Both the position numbers and the translations under genes were made by a program. Positions 1 to 10,279 of a stretch of DNA of 44,799 nucleotides are shown here, one piece after another (position 1 is the first letter of the stretch; each line of letters begins with the position of its first letter). Location: NCBI GenBank assembly GCA_013911465.1, contig JACETE010000003.1, positions 1 to 44,799 on the forward strand, read 5' to 3'. A model generated the notes under the pieces. That model had not been told where the DNA came from. It made no database searches and saw nothing but the letters and a program-made list of their open reading frames with translations. Source of the DNA: Candidatus Poseidoniales archaeon (lineage in GTDB: Archaea; Thermoplasmatota; Poseidoniia; Poseidoniales; Poseidoniaceae).

Positions 1-1142
1 AAAAGGCATACTTTGTTTCTGGGCAAATCCTTGGGGATTCTCAATGGTCGACTGAGTTCTCTTGTGGAGCCCAGGTTTGCGAGGGTATTCTGGATCCTGA
101 CGAATCGATTTCTCTTGACCTCAACTTTGTCCATGAGAACACAACATATCAACCAACATTCATTGATTATCAGGTAGAAATCATCTTCGATCAGTCCGAT
201 TCACACAAAGAGTTTGGTCGAATTGTCCCCGACTTGGAAGCATCCGTCGGCGCAGAATGGTATCATGTTCGAAACGGTGAAGCAGTACTGAGTTGCCTTG
301 ACATCCAGGTTGAAGAATCTACAGCATCGAATATCTCGTTCCCGAATCTAAGCGAGGCTTGGTTGCCTTTCTTGTGGTTGGATGGCCAGGCAGGTCTGAC
401 TCAATCGCTCACTTCAGAGGACACGGCTGTGTGCTTGAACGGTGTTGATCAAGCGCTTCCTGCGAATTCTCAAACATTATTGCGGCATGTTGTGTTGGAC
501 AACCACTCGTTTGAGGTTGGATTTGACCCGACCTGGCCACACATTGTCTCTTCGTCCAATGACGGTTGGGTTATTGATGAAACACATCCATGGGGCGCTC
601 CATTTGACCAAGGCGGTACGCTGTATCAAGAAAATTCATCTTCCTGCACAGGTAGTGAATTCTTGAGCACACCTCGTCGCTCAAATTCATCAAACTGGAC
701 TTGGGATTTGAGCATCTGGCCCAGCCAAGCACTTCCATCGGTAGAGCAAGGCGAACGTCTTCAACTCAAGTTGGCGACAGACACCTATGTTCATTGTGAC
801 CAAGAGCAGGTTGCTGCGACCAAATTTACAGTGCAAGATGGGCCGAACTTGATCCTACATACCAACAATCAAACAATCCGACTTTGGGACGCTCCAATGA
901 CAGCAACCTCTTCTCAGCTCGAATTTGCCATCTACAACAGCGAGGCAGATGAGATTGTTTTACGACACGCCTCATTTGGAGATGTTGCATGGGACCTTAG
1001 TCCCCTTCCTTCGACACTTTCATCGGGATGGAACAACTTTACTCTCGATGTCCCTTCTTCGGAAATCAATACCTATCAACTCAATCACCAAGATGGAGCA
1101 ATTCTTCTCACTTTCGGGGCATACTTGGAGGCTGAGTCTTGA
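1..1142 (+). CDS. C-terminal part of a large, probably secreted/surface protein (5'-truncated by window edge)
   Basis: Frame is open from position 3 (KAYFVSGQILGDSQW...) through the listed 234..1142 ORF. Ser/Thr/Asp/Trp-rich beta-type composition. Stop overlaps the panE TTG start. Confidence 0.6.
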   Translation, partial: KAYFVSGQILGDSQWSTEFSCGAQVCEGILDPDESISLDLNFVHENTTYQPTFIDYQVEIIFDQSDSHKEFGRIVPDLEASVGAEWYHVRNGEAVLSCLDIQVEESTASNISFPNLSEAWLPFLWLDGQAGLTQSLTSEDTAVCLNGVDQALPANSQTLLRHVVLDNHSFEVGFDPTWPHIVSSSNDGWVIDETHPWGAPFDQGGTLYQENSSSCTGSEFLSTPRRSNSSNWTWDLSIWPSQALPSVEQGERLQLKLATDTYVHCDQEQVAATKFTVQDGPNLILHTNNQTIRLWDAPMTATSSQLEFAIYNSEADEIVLRHASFGDVAWDLSPLPSTLSSGWNNFTLDVPSSEINTYQLNHQDGAILLTFGAYLEAES

Positions 1143-2065
1143 GAATTGGCATTGTGGGTGCAGGTTCGATTGGCTCCCTCGTCGCCGGATGTCTCTCATC
1201 AACAACATGTGACCTTCTTCTCTATGGGCGAGGATTACATGGGGCACATCTTACCGTAGATGGACTGAGTATTGAAGGCGTTGAAACTAGAGTTATCTCT
1301 TCACAGAGATGGGAGGTTCTCCCGGCTGAACAGCCTTTACCGGAGTCTGTCACATCATGCTGTGATGTCGTTTTGTTAACTGGAAAATCCACAGCATTTG
1401 AGGAACATCTCAACGTTGCAAAACACCTACTTCATCCAGACGGCGTTGTCTGTACATTTGCCAACGGTTTGGGCCATGAAGAACGTCTCGTTCATGCTTT
1501 TGGAGCACATCGTGTTCTAGCCGCAACAACAACACATGGGGCATATCGCTCTCAACCCGGAAGAGTTGTTTGGGCTGGCAAAGGTAATGTTTCGATCGGT
1601 TCTTTTCTTCATCATCATTCTGCAGATGATGTTTCAGAACTCATGAATTGTCTCTCAGATGCTGGACTTGAACCTGTTTGGAATCTGAATGGACGTGTAC
1701 TGCTTTGGAACAAGATGTTACTCAACATTGCAATCAATCCTATTGCAGGCTTGTTGGGCAAAGAGAACGGAGCATTGCTTGAACCCTCATTGTTTGAATC
1801 CTCAGTATCTGTTATGCTCGAGGGGGCAAGAATTGCTCGGGCTGAAGGCGTTTCTCTTGATGATGATGAGCAATTAGTGGACCGTTTGCGCCACGTTCTT
1901 GTCCAAACAACCGACAACTACTGCTCAATGTTGCAAGATATACGTGCTGGTCGAGGGACAGAAATCAACTCGCTGAACGTGGAAATCTGTCGTCGCGGAG
2001 AAATGTTGGGGATTCCAACCCCCTTGAATCAACAGCTTTCATCCCTTATTCAGAATCTTCAATGA
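1139..2065 (+). CDS. panE: 2-dehydropantoate 2-reductase (ketopantoate reductase)
   Basis: Rossmann GAGSIG, NGLG, WNKMLLNIAINP, SMLQD...TEINSLN motifs of the PanE/ApbA family. TTG start. Confidence 0.9.
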   Translation: MRIGIVGAGSIGSLVAGCLSSTTCDLLLYGRGLHGAHLTVDGLSIEGVETRVISSQRWEVLPAEQPLPESVTSCCDVVLLTGKSTAFEEHLNVAKHLLHPDGVVCTFANGLGHEERLVHAFGAHRVLAATTTHGAYRSQPGRVVWAGKGNVSIGSFLHHHSADDVSELMNCLSDAGLEPVWNLNGRVLLWNKMLLNIAINPIAGLLGKENGALLEPSLFESSVSVMLEGARIARAEGVSLDDDEQLVDRLRHVLVQTTDNYCSMLQDIRAGRGTEINSLNVEICRRGEMLGIPTPLNQQLSSLIQNLQ

Positions 2066-3650
2066 GATCTTTATTGTAATGCAAACCTCTGTTTTCTTGT
2101 CGAACATTTGCATCTTCTGCAACGAGAATCCCCACCAGAATCATGTTTCTCAATTCAACGATTTCACGCGATGGTAGGCTTGATTTCCAAATAACATCAA
2201 TCTCTTTCTCAAGAAGTTGAAGTCTTCGAATGGCTCTTTGCAATCGAGAGAAGCGTCTCGATACGCCGACTTCAAACCGCATTGTTTGGTTGAGTGTTGC
2301 ACGATCATGGGCGACTGGCCCGTGCTCTTTGAGTTCATCAAGACCGTCTGAGCGCCAAGATGGAGGGGATGCATCAACCTCAGATATACCCTGTTCAATG
2401 AGATGAGATGAACAACGATGAGCAAAGACAACCGCTTCCAGCAAACTGTTTGAAGCCAGTCTGTTCGCACCATGCATTCCGGTGCAAGCGACCTCTCCGA
2501 TAGCGAACAAACCAGGTATTGGTTGTTGAGACGCTTCGAGGAGGGCACATCCCACCTCGTCAACACTGATGCCTCCTACGATGTAATGTGCTGCAGGTGC
2601 AACAGGGAGAGGGTCAATTCCCAGTTCAAGACCAAACTTCTTGAGTCGGTTTGAGATCATTGGAAAGCGCTTATTCAGATGTTGCTTATCGAGGTGCTCA
2701 GTCACCAGGAAAACGTGTGAAGCCCCAGATTCAGCACAACGTTGGTCGATCGCTCGAGCGACAACATCTCGTGTTGCCATCGAACCTAATGGGGATGCTT
2801 TGAGAGTGAACGAAAATGATGCGGGATCGGCTTCATCACTTGATTTCCATAACTGATAACCCTCCTGATCGAGGAGAACAGCACCTTCTCCTCGTAATGC
2901 TTCAGTTATCAAAAATGGACGCTCACCTTCGACAACAAGTGCAGTAGGATGGAACTGGACAAATGCCATGTTGACGATTGAAGCCCCTGTTCTATAGGCC
3001 ATGGCAATCCCGTCGCCTGTCGAAACTGAGGGGTTTGTTGTTTTCTCCCATAACTGTCCTGCGCCGCCAGTTGCTAAGATGACTGCATCACCACGGATGG
3101 TCATGACTTGATTACTGGTCTGATCCAATGCCCAAACGCCACATACACCCCTTTCTGGTGACTTGTGTTCACGTTGAATGAGGTCGATTGCAAGCGTGTT
3201 TGGCCTCATTTTGATGTTTTTATGTGTACGGGCTGCAGTGGTTAATGCCCGTTCAATTTCTCTACCTGTTGCATCTTTGGCGTGAAGGATTCGTCGTGAA
3301 GAGTGCCCTCCTTCTTGTGCAAGTTCAAAACGACCCTCTTGATTTCGTTCAAACTCAACACCGATGGAGAGCAAATCCATGATTCGTTCGCCAGCTTCTT
3401 CAACGACCATTCGTACAACCGATTCATCGCAAATGCCATCTCCAGCATTGAGTGTATCGTTGATGTGCCCTTCAATTTCCTCCAAGTTTGTCTTGTCGAG
3501 AATGGCTGCAATACCTCCTTGAGCCCAGTTGGTTGAGGAGTCCTTTGGCCTTTGCTTGGTGATAATTTCAACTTCGAACCCTTCGTTTGCAAGACGTAGG
3601 GCTGCAAAGAGGCCAGCAATGCCTGTCCCGATGATGAGAACACGAGGCAT
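2046..3650 (-). CDS. nadB: L-aspartate oxidase
   Basis: IIGTGIAG FAD motif, STNWAQGGIAA, EGGHSSRRILH, QFHPT, LITEALRGEGA, GMHGANRLASNSLLE, ENRGLHY. Confidence 0.93.
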   Translation of the reverse strand: MPRVLIIGTGIAGLFAALRLANEGFEVEIITKQRPKDSSTNWAQGGIAAILDKTNLEEIEGHINDTLNAGDGICDESVVRMVVEEAGERIMDLLSIGVEFERNQEGRFELAQEGGHSSRRILHAKDATGREIERALTTAARTHKNIKMRPNTLAIDLIQREHKSPERGVCGVWALDQTSNQVMTIRGDAVILATGGAGQLWEKTTNPSVSTGDGIAMAYRTGASIVNMAFVQFHPTALVVEGERPFLITEALRGEGAVLLDQEGYQLWKSSDEADPASFSFTLKASPLGSMATRDVVARAIDQRCAESGASHVFLVTEHLDKQHLNKRFPMISNRLKKFGLELGIDPLPVAPAAHYIVGGISVDEVGCALLEASQQPIPGLFAIGEVACTGMHGANRLASNSLLEAVVFAHRCSSHLIEQGISEVDASPPSWRSDGLDELKEHGPVAHDRATLNQTMRFEVGVSRRFSRLQRAIRRLQLLEKEIDVIWKSSLPSREIVELRNMILVGILVAEDANVRQENRGLHYNKDLIEDSE

Positions 3651-3732
3651 GGTCGATGCTGGGGTTGATTGTTCTTGATGACATCGGTTCGTCCAGCGAT
3701 AGGCCTATTTGTTGGGGATTCTAGCAAGCATC

Positions 3733-4491
3733 ATGTTGCGGAACCTCATCGGTCTACTGGGTTTAGCAACAATCGTTTTTGTCATTGCCAATGTCCACTT
3801 TGGATTGGTTGCTGAAAATGTCGTTGAAGGGGCAGGAACAGCTCGCCTCGATGTCCTTCGTTTGGCAGATCCTGGTTGTACAATACCTGAAATGGAAAAA
3901 GAAATTCAGGAAACTGGAACTGCATTCTGTCTTAGTGAAAAAGGGACATGGGGCACAGCAGATATTCTTCTCTTGTTTTGGGGTATCCTCATTATCACTG
4001 CCGGACGATTCCGCATGCCTTCAGATCCACGACTTGCAAAGCGAATTCGTCGAGTAATGTTCACATCCGGGGCCGTTCTCTTCGGTCTTGCAGTACTCGA
4101 CCGTCTTGAGTTACTGCCAACTTCTGCAAATTCAGGAAGCATTGCCGATATCATTCCTTTGCCTCTTGACCCTTGGGCAGTACAGATCATCTTTGCAGTC
4201 ATTGGGGCATTGCTGATGAGGGGGCCAAAATATGAAGTTTCTGAGTTTGAACAAAATTATCGAGCCCTTGAGAACCATAGGGACAAGGAACGAAGAGTAC
4301 AGGAGGTATTCAACGAAAAAGCCCGTTCAATGTCTGCCTCCAGGGAAGGCCTTGCTCGACGTAGCCGCCTCATCGATCGTGACGCACATCTGGTTCCTTT
4401 CCGTACTCGCAATTCACCAAAAGTTCGAGCAACGTGCCCTTACTGCAAAGGCGGTGGTTGCAAAGAGTGCGGTATGAGTGGTGTTGTTTGA
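3733..4491 (+). CDS. Hypothetical multi-pass membrane protein with C-terminal Cys4 zinc motif
   Basis: About four hydrophobic segments and a C-terminal CPYCKGGGCKECGMSG. ATG at 3733 preferred over TTG at 3709. Confidence 0.65.
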   Translation: MLRNLIGLLGLATIVFVIANVHFGLVAENVVEGAGTARLDVLRLADPGCTIPEMEKEIQETGTAFCLSEKGTWGTADILLLFWGILIITAGRFRMPSDPRLAKRIRRVMFTSGAVLFGLAVLDRLELLPTSANSGSIADIIPLPLDPWAVQIIFAVIGALLMRGPKYEVSEFEQNYRALENHRDKERRVQEVFNEKARSMSASREGLARRSRLIDRDAHLVPFRTRNSPKVRATCPYCKGGGCKECGMSGVV

Positions 4492-4615
4492 ACAAAACGG
4501 CACAATTTTTCAACCCCAAAAACGATATGCGCCGACGCATAATCAACCGATTGTTTAAATCCCCTCGATGTACGGTGTTCGACCTAAGGTCAATCTTGAC
4601 CGTCAGGGGATTGGG

Positions 4616-7600
4616 ATGTTTCTAAAAGCGTTGGAGATGGAGAACTTCAAATCATTCCGCGGGGAAGTCGTCATCCCTCTTGACCGAGGCTTCTCGGCAA
4701 TCACTGGTCCAAACGGCTCAGGGAAATCCAATTGTGGTGATGCAATACAGTTCGTTTTAGGTCCTAAATCGACTCGAACAATCCGTGCTCAGAACACAAA
4801 GCAACTCATGTTTAACGGGGCTGAAGGCTACAAACCTGCCCGCAATTGCACCGTTACACTTGTGTTTGGAAATCCAGTGCTGTCGAACGGTCGTCGCCGA
4901 CTGCCTATTGAAAACGACGAGGTTCGAATGACTCGATCCATTCGTCTAACTGCTTCGGATAATGTAGTATCTGCCTATTTGCTTGATGGGGAAGAATCAT
5001 CTCAAAAGTCATTCCATCGTCTATTGAATGCAGCCAATGCTCGACCTGACGGGTACAATATCGTCCTTCAAGGAGATGTGACAGGACTTGCAAGAATGAC
5101 ACCCATTGAACGAAGAAAGGTTCTGGATGGTGTTGCCGGAGTCACATCATATGACGATGAAATCCGAAAAGCAAAGAAGCAAAAGGACAGCGTTGATTCC
5201 TATATCGAACGAATTGGCATGTTGCAAGAAGAGCAACAAGTCCGCCTTAAGGAACTTGAACAAGAACGTAAGGTTGCAATGAAAGCGCAATCCGTCGCCG
5301 ATGAACTCACAACCTCACGTTCACAACGTTACCAAGCAATGTTTGCAAGCCTTGGGATGGAATTGGAACACCAAATTGCGGAGCAATTACGCTTTGCTGA
5401 GGAAGCCTCAACTCTTGAAGACGAGGTCAAAGCAGGAAGCAGGAAGTTGGTTGAACTGGATGACCGCATTGGTGAAATCCAGAAGCAAATCGATGCGCTT
5501 CTTGGCGAAGAAGGTGACGGCCTGTCCCAAGCAATACATGATTTACGGGTTCAAATCGACCGAGACAAGGATCGCATTGAGGACTCATTGCAATCCAACA
5601 TTGACGATGCTGAAGAGCGTGAACAGGTCCTGGAACGCTATCAAGAAGCAGAATCGGCTTTGAGCGCACTCCTTGAAGAAGCCAAAACAAGTCATGCTCA
5701 GATGGAAGAAGCCCAGCGTATGCTGGATGAAGCACAATCTGAAGAAGACAAGGTCCGTTCACTTCTCGAAGGGTCTGGAAAGAATCATGCTGAACTCAAT
5801 CGGGCGCTCAGTGAAGCAATCAGCACACTTGAACTTGCAAAGAAAGGTGTCGCATCAGCCCAATCTGAAGTTGACCGAACAGCAGCCCAAGCAGAACTGG
5901 TTGAATCGAACTTATCCAAAGCCCAAGAACGTGCAGAAGAATCGCGTCTTGAACTTGAAGAAAAAGAAGCCGAATTCAAAGAAGCATCGGGTGGAAAGAA
6001 AATCGATCGCTCATCATTGACCAAGAACATTCTCGAGGCAGAACGAGCTGAATCTCGTCTTCTTGAGGAAGCAGGCGCTGTAGAACGAAAGATGACTGAA
6101 ACAGAACGTCAACTTCGTTCTGCTCGTGCTGAATTGGAGAACAAATCGAATTCCAAAGGTATGGCAGGTGGGGCAGCAGCAGTCTTGGGCGCTCGAGACC
6201 GTGGTGAAATCAGAGGCATCATTGGAACTATTGCAGAATTGTGTGCTCCGATTGATTCTGAACATGAAACAGCGCTCGCGACTGCATTTGGTGGCGCAAT
6301 GACCTCGGTTGTCGTTGATTCGGATGAGGTTGCTGCTGAAGCGATTCGTTGGTTGGCCCAACGAAAGGCCGGAAGGGCAACCTTCCTTCCACTCAACAAA
6401 CTCGCAACAAGCCGTGCAGGTGGAAAGGCCATGATGGTTGCTCGGAAGCCTGGTGTCATTGGTTTTGCATACGAATTACTGGAGTATGACCCTCGAATTG
6501 ATACTGCAATTAAATTTGCACTTCGTAACACGCTGATTGTACAAAACATGGACATTGCCCGGCAGAATATGGGTGGAGTGCGACTTGTTACAATGCGTGG
6601 TGATGTCACCGAAGCAGGGGGTGCAATGGTTGGAGGTTCGCGTCAACGAATGTCCGTTAGCTTTGGTGGAGGAATCGCTGGAGCGAAGGAAGTTGAGAGA
6701 TTAAGTTCTGAAATTGAACGCCTTCGTTTGATGTCCGATACGGTTGCAGCTGCACTCGCAGATGTGCGTACGGAGCAGAAAAACCTCCGGCAGCAGATCA
6801 ATGAACTGGCCAATGAAGAAGGTGCAATACGAAGGGAAACCTTACGAGCAGAGGTTGCAACGTTCAAGAAAACACATTCAACAAATATTGGAACGGTCCA
6901 GTCCTTGAAGCAAGATCTTCAACGTCTCGAAGGTATGGCAAGTGAACAACTGGAATCACTCGACGAAGCAGAGTCAAAGGTTGCTGATGCAGAAATTCTC
7001 CGAAACTCTGCTCAAACTGCACTGGAAGATGCCAGCCCTCAGCATCTCAAGGATCGCTTGCATGAATGTACTGTGAAGCGAACTCAAGCAGAAGGAATTC
7101 GTTCGAATGCCGAGGTGTCAATCCGCTCAATCGACGAACGTAAGTCATTGCTTACATCCTCTGTATCCGGCGAAAAACAACGCCTCAAGCAAATCGATGC
7201 TGACATTGCTGAACGTACTGAGAATGCAACTCTGTTGAAGACAAGCGTCGATCAAAATGGGGCGATTCTTGCTGAGAAAGAAGCCGAAAGAGCACAGTAT
7301 CTCGAAGAAAACAAAGGTCTTGAGGATGAACGTCTCGAGTTGGTTGAAGAACGAGCAAGTCTGAACTCAACCCTTACTCAAAAAGCCACTCAGGCCCGCA
7401 GTCATCGAAATCTATCCACGGAATTGGAGCGGACTATCCAAGCAAAACGCAAGGAATTGTTCGATGTTGAGATGGAAATGGGTGCAGTCGGAATAGAAGC
7501 TGCTGAAGAAGGAATCGTCCTCGATTCTGTTGCAGAAATCGATCGTCGAATCCGTCGACTTGAACGACGTCTTGAAGAATTTGGAGCCGTCAATATGCGG

Positions 7601-8488
7601 GCTATCGAGCAATATGATGCAGTTGAGCAACGTCTTGAAGAAATGGAAGGTGATTTCAAGAAGTTACAAGACCGAAAGAAGCATCTTATCGATGTTGCAG
7701 AACGACTTGAAGAGCAACGTAAGGTGCGCCTCATTGATGTCCTTGAGAAGGTGAATGAGAATTTCAAGAAGGTCTACAAGTCAGTTAGCAATGGTGGTCG
7801 TGGAGAACTCTACCTTGAGAACAAAGAGGAGCCGTTCAAGGGTGGGCTCGAATTATGGGCTCAGCCAAAAGGCAAGTCTTCGAATGTTACTCGCCACCAA
7901 CTCTCTGGTGGTGAGCAATCCGTTGCTGCTCTTGCCCTCATCTTCGCCATTCAAGATTACGACCCAAGTCCGTTCTATTACTTCGATGAAGTCGATCAGA
8001 ACCTTGACAGCGTGAATGCAGAATGCATCGCAAAGATGTGCAGAGAACGCAGTAAGGCTGCACAATTCATCATGGTGACATTGCGAAAAGTTTCACTTCA
8101 ACTCGCTGACCATCACATCGGAATTACTCACGGTGGAGATGGATGCAGTCGTCGCATCATCGACTTCGACCAGGAGCAAGCCATCGCTCTAGGTGAGCAA
8201 GCTCTCAAAGAAGCTGAATCGGCCGCTGCAAAGAATGCCCAGCGTGCAAAGGAGGAACAAGAAACCCTTGCTGAAATGCCTCTTGTTCCTGAAGCATTGC
8301 CTGCGCCAAGAAGCCTCGGTGGTTTGCTGAAGCATATGCAAGATGATGAAAGCATTGCTTCCCTTGCAGAGCGGACTGCTGAAACCAATGAAGATATTGA
8401 GGAGCGTTCAACTCTTGCTGAAGCAATTTCCGAACTTGAAGCCGAGGAACAAATCGATGTAGAAGACGCTATCGAACTTGATGAGTGA
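4616..8488 (+). CDS. smc: Chromosome segregation protein SMC
   Basis: MFLKALEMENFKSF start, Walker A GPNGSGKSN, Q-loop IVLQGDV, coiled coils, hinge GRATFLPL and RLVTMRGD...GGAMVGG, signature LSGGEQ, Walker B YYFDEVD. Start refined to ATG 4616. Confidence 0.96.
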   Translation: MFLKALEMENFKSFRGEVVIPLDRGFSAITGPNGSGKSNCGDAIQFVLGPKSTRTIRAQNTKQLMFNGAEGYKPARNCTVTLVFGNPVLSNGRRRLPIENDEVRMTRSIRLTASDNVVSAYLLDGEESSQKSFHRLLNAANARPDGYNIVLQGDVTGLARMTPIERRKVLDGVAGVTSYDDEIRKAKKQKDSVDSYIERIGMLQEEQQVRLKELEQERKVAMKAQSVADELTTSRSQRYQAMFASLGMELEHQIAEQLRFAEEASTLEDEVKAGSRKLVELDDRIGEIQKQIDALLGEEGDGLSQAIHDLRVQIDRDKDRIEDSLQSNIDDAEEREQVLERYQEAESALSALLEEAKTSHAQMEEAQRMLDEAQSEEDKVRSLLEGSGKNHAELNRALSEAISTLELAKKGVASAQSEVDRTAAQAELVESNLSKAQERAEESRLELEEKEAEFKEASGGKKIDRSSLTKNILEAERAESRLLEEAGAVERKMTETERQLRSARAELENKSNSKGMAGGAAAVLGARDRGEIRGIIGTIAELCAPIDSEHETALATAFGGAMTSVVVDSDEVAAEAIRWLAQRKAGRATFLPLNKLATSRAGGKAMMVARKPGVIGFAYELLEYDPRIDTAIKFALRNTLIVQNMDIARQNMGGVRLVTMRGDVTEAGGAMVGGSRQRMSVSFGGGIAGAKEVERLSSEIERLRLMSDTVAAALADVRTEQKNLRQQINELANEEGAIRRETLRAEVATFKKTHSTNIGTVQSLKQDLQRLEGMASEQLESLDEAESKVADAEILRNSAQTALEDASPQHLKDRLHECTVKRTQAEGIRSNAEVSIRSIDERKSLLTSSVSGEKQRLKQIDADIAERTENATLLKTSVDQNGAILAEKEAERAQYLEENKGLEDERLELVEERASLNSTLTQKATQARSHRNLSTELERTIQAKRKELFDVEMEMGAVGIEAAEEGIVLDSVAEIDRRIRRLERRLEEFGAVNMRAIEQYDAVEQRLEEMEGDFKKLQDRKKHLIDVAERLEEQRKVRLIDVLEKVNENFKKVYKSVSNGGRGELYLENKEEPFKGGLELWAQPKGKSSNVTRHQLSGGEQSVAALALIFAIQDYDPSPFYYFDEVDQNLDSVNAECIAKMCRERSKAAQFIMVTLRKVSLQLADHHIGITHGGDGCSRRIIDFDQEQAIALGEQALKEAESAAAKNAQRAKEEQETLAEMPLVPEALPAPRSLGGLLKHMQDDESIASLAERTAETNEDIEERSTLAEAISELEAEEQIDVEDAIELDE

Positions 8489-8498
8489 GGTGAAATCA

Positions 8499-9671
8499 AT
8501 GATGCAACAAGGTCTTGACCAGTGGTTTTTGCGTCAAGATGTTATCGATCAACTCTTGCAAAGCGGCGATGATGACTTGGAAGGCATCAATGCTTACGCA
8601 GACAGAATTCTGATGATTGCTCAAACAGAAGAAGCTGAGCATCAAACGCTTGATGACCCCTTTGACAGAAGTGTGGCTCTTGTCCTTTCCCTAGTTAGTA
8701 GCGAGGGATTGGATGCATGGAATATCGATCTCACTTCCTTCTTACGTCAATTCACCAAGCGTGTAAAATCTCAAGCAAACAGTCTGGACCTACCTGCCTG
8801 TGGTCGACTGATTCGAATGGCTTGGGAGGTTCTCCATCATCAGGCTGCGCATCTGTTTGATCGTATTCAGTATCAAGATTCTGAAGACGATTGGGATGCA
8901 GGCTTCGATTTTGGTTGGGAGGCAGAATACGATGACCAGGAATTCCACTTTACCAATACCGTTTTGCAAGGTAATGCAGACGATGTCCTTGAGAATCTGT
9001 TTGATGAAAGGGTGCGTAGAGAAGAAGGCCGGCCAGTTACACTTGGTGAACTGCTCTCAGCACTGAAGGATGCCGCAGATGATGCGGACGCAATGAAACT
9101 GCGAGAAAAGAACCGAGCAGCTCATGCCATTGAAGTTGAGGAAATGATTTCCAACGTTGGTGGTCGTATGCACAATGAAGATCTTGATGGTGATATCGAG
9201 CGTTGTTGGAATGCTTTGCGCCAAACCACTCAGGCTACTGGTGAAAAGAATGTTCCACTCAAATCGGTCATCGAGGCATTGATTCCAATTCTAGAATCTG
9301 CATTCGGTTCAATCCCAGAAGGTTATGGCGAGGATGCACGTGTGAGTTCATTCATTGCAGGACTTTTCCTGACTCATAAGGGCATGGCATCAATCACTCA
9401 AGGAAACGATTTGGGGGATGTGATCATGATTGAAGATTTGTGGCCAAACTTGTCTTCGTTCGAAGATGTGCTTGCTGCAACACTGGAAGCAGATGAAGAA
9501 GCACAAGTTGCTCGTGAAGAGTCCAAAACGGGTTCAGTGCTCCATGCTGAACGACTTCATGAACGAGCTGAAAAAGCACGTCTTGCTGAAGAGAAGGCCA
9601 AACAGAAACTCGAGAAAGAACAGGAGCAAGCAACTCCAGAATTCGAAGCACATGAATGGCTGGTTGAGTAG
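8499..9671 (+). CDS. scpA: Kleisin, segregation and condensation protein A
   Basis: LDAWNIDL...F, LDLPACGRLI, RPVTLGELLSALKDA and F.A.LFL...G...ITQ motifs of archaeal ScpA. Lies between smc and scpB. GAGGTGA SD at 8487-8493 favours ATG 8499. Confidence 0.8.
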   Translation: MMQQGLDQWFLRQDVIDQLLQSGDDDLEGINAYADRILMIAQTEEAEHQTLDDPFDRSVALVLSLVSSEGLDAWNIDLTSFLRQFTKRVKSQANSLDLPACGRLIRMAWEVLHHQAAHLFDRIQYQDSEDDWDAGFDFGWEAEYDDQEFHFTNTVLQGNADDVLENLFDERVRREEGRPVTLGELLSALKDAADDADAMKLREKNRAAHAIEVEEMISNVGGRMHNEDLDGDIERCWNALRQTTQATGEKNVPLKSVIEALIPILESAFGSIPEGYGEDARVSSFIAGLFLTHKGMASITQGNDLGDVIMIEDLWPNLSSFEDVLAATLEADEEAQVAREESKTGSVLHAERLHERAEKARLAEEKAKQKLEKEQEQATPEFEAHEWLVE

Positions 9672-9679
9672 GTGGTACA

Positions 9680-10279
9680 ATGTCTGAACTTGCACTAGAA
9701 ACACTCCTCGAAGCCACACTTTTTGGTTCAGGTAAATCACTCGCAGTCAAGGAACTTTCCGAGGCACTTGGATACGAGGAAGAAGAAATTTCAGAAGCAC
9801 TTGCTTCGCTCCAAGGGACGTTAAAGCGGCGTAGAGGCGGTGCTTTACGCATTGTAGAGATTGGGGGGAAATGGGCTATGGAAGTCCGTTCTGATGTTGC
9901 AGATCATCTCCCAAAGGAAACGAAAACCGAAATGCCCAAGAAATTGCTCAAGGCTGCTGCTCTGATTGCATATCATCAACCAATGCCACAATCAAGACTC
10001 GTTGAATTGCTAGGCCAGAAAGCTTACGATTACGTACGTGAATTATCGCAACATGGTATGATTATGCGCCGACGTGATGGAAACACGAGGCGCTTGACCA
10101 CCACAAGACGATTTTCAGAAGCATTTGGGTGTCCTCATACTGATCTTCGAAAGGTACGGAAATGGTTCAGGGAGCAGGTCACTGAGGCTGGTCTCTTTGA
10201 TGGAATGGAGTCTGAAGCGTTGAAAGATGTTGGCGAGGATGGGCTCATTCAAGCCACATTGCCAATTGAAGAAGAGTGA
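9680..10279 (+). CDS. scpB: Kite subunit, segregation and condensation protein B
   Basis: LEATLF, AALIAYHQP...S.L, TT..F...FG motifs of ScpB. Operon with smc and scpA. Confidence 0.9.
   Translation: MSELALETLLEATLFGSGKSLAVKELSEALGYEEEEISEALASLQGTLKRRRGGALRIVEIGGKWAMEVRSDVADHLPKETKTEMPKKLLKAAALIAYHQPMPQSRLVELLGQKAYDYVRELSQHGMIMRRRDGNTRRLTTTRRFSEAFGCPHTDLRKVRKWFREQVTEAGLFDGMESEALKDVGEDGLIQATLPIEEE

Noticed and set aside
4616-10279. SMC operon as a Wadjet/MksBEFG defence system
   Set aside because: Canonical SMC hinge and ScpA/ScpB motifs, smc-scpA-scpB order, and no JetD/Toprim nuclease: housekeeping condensin.
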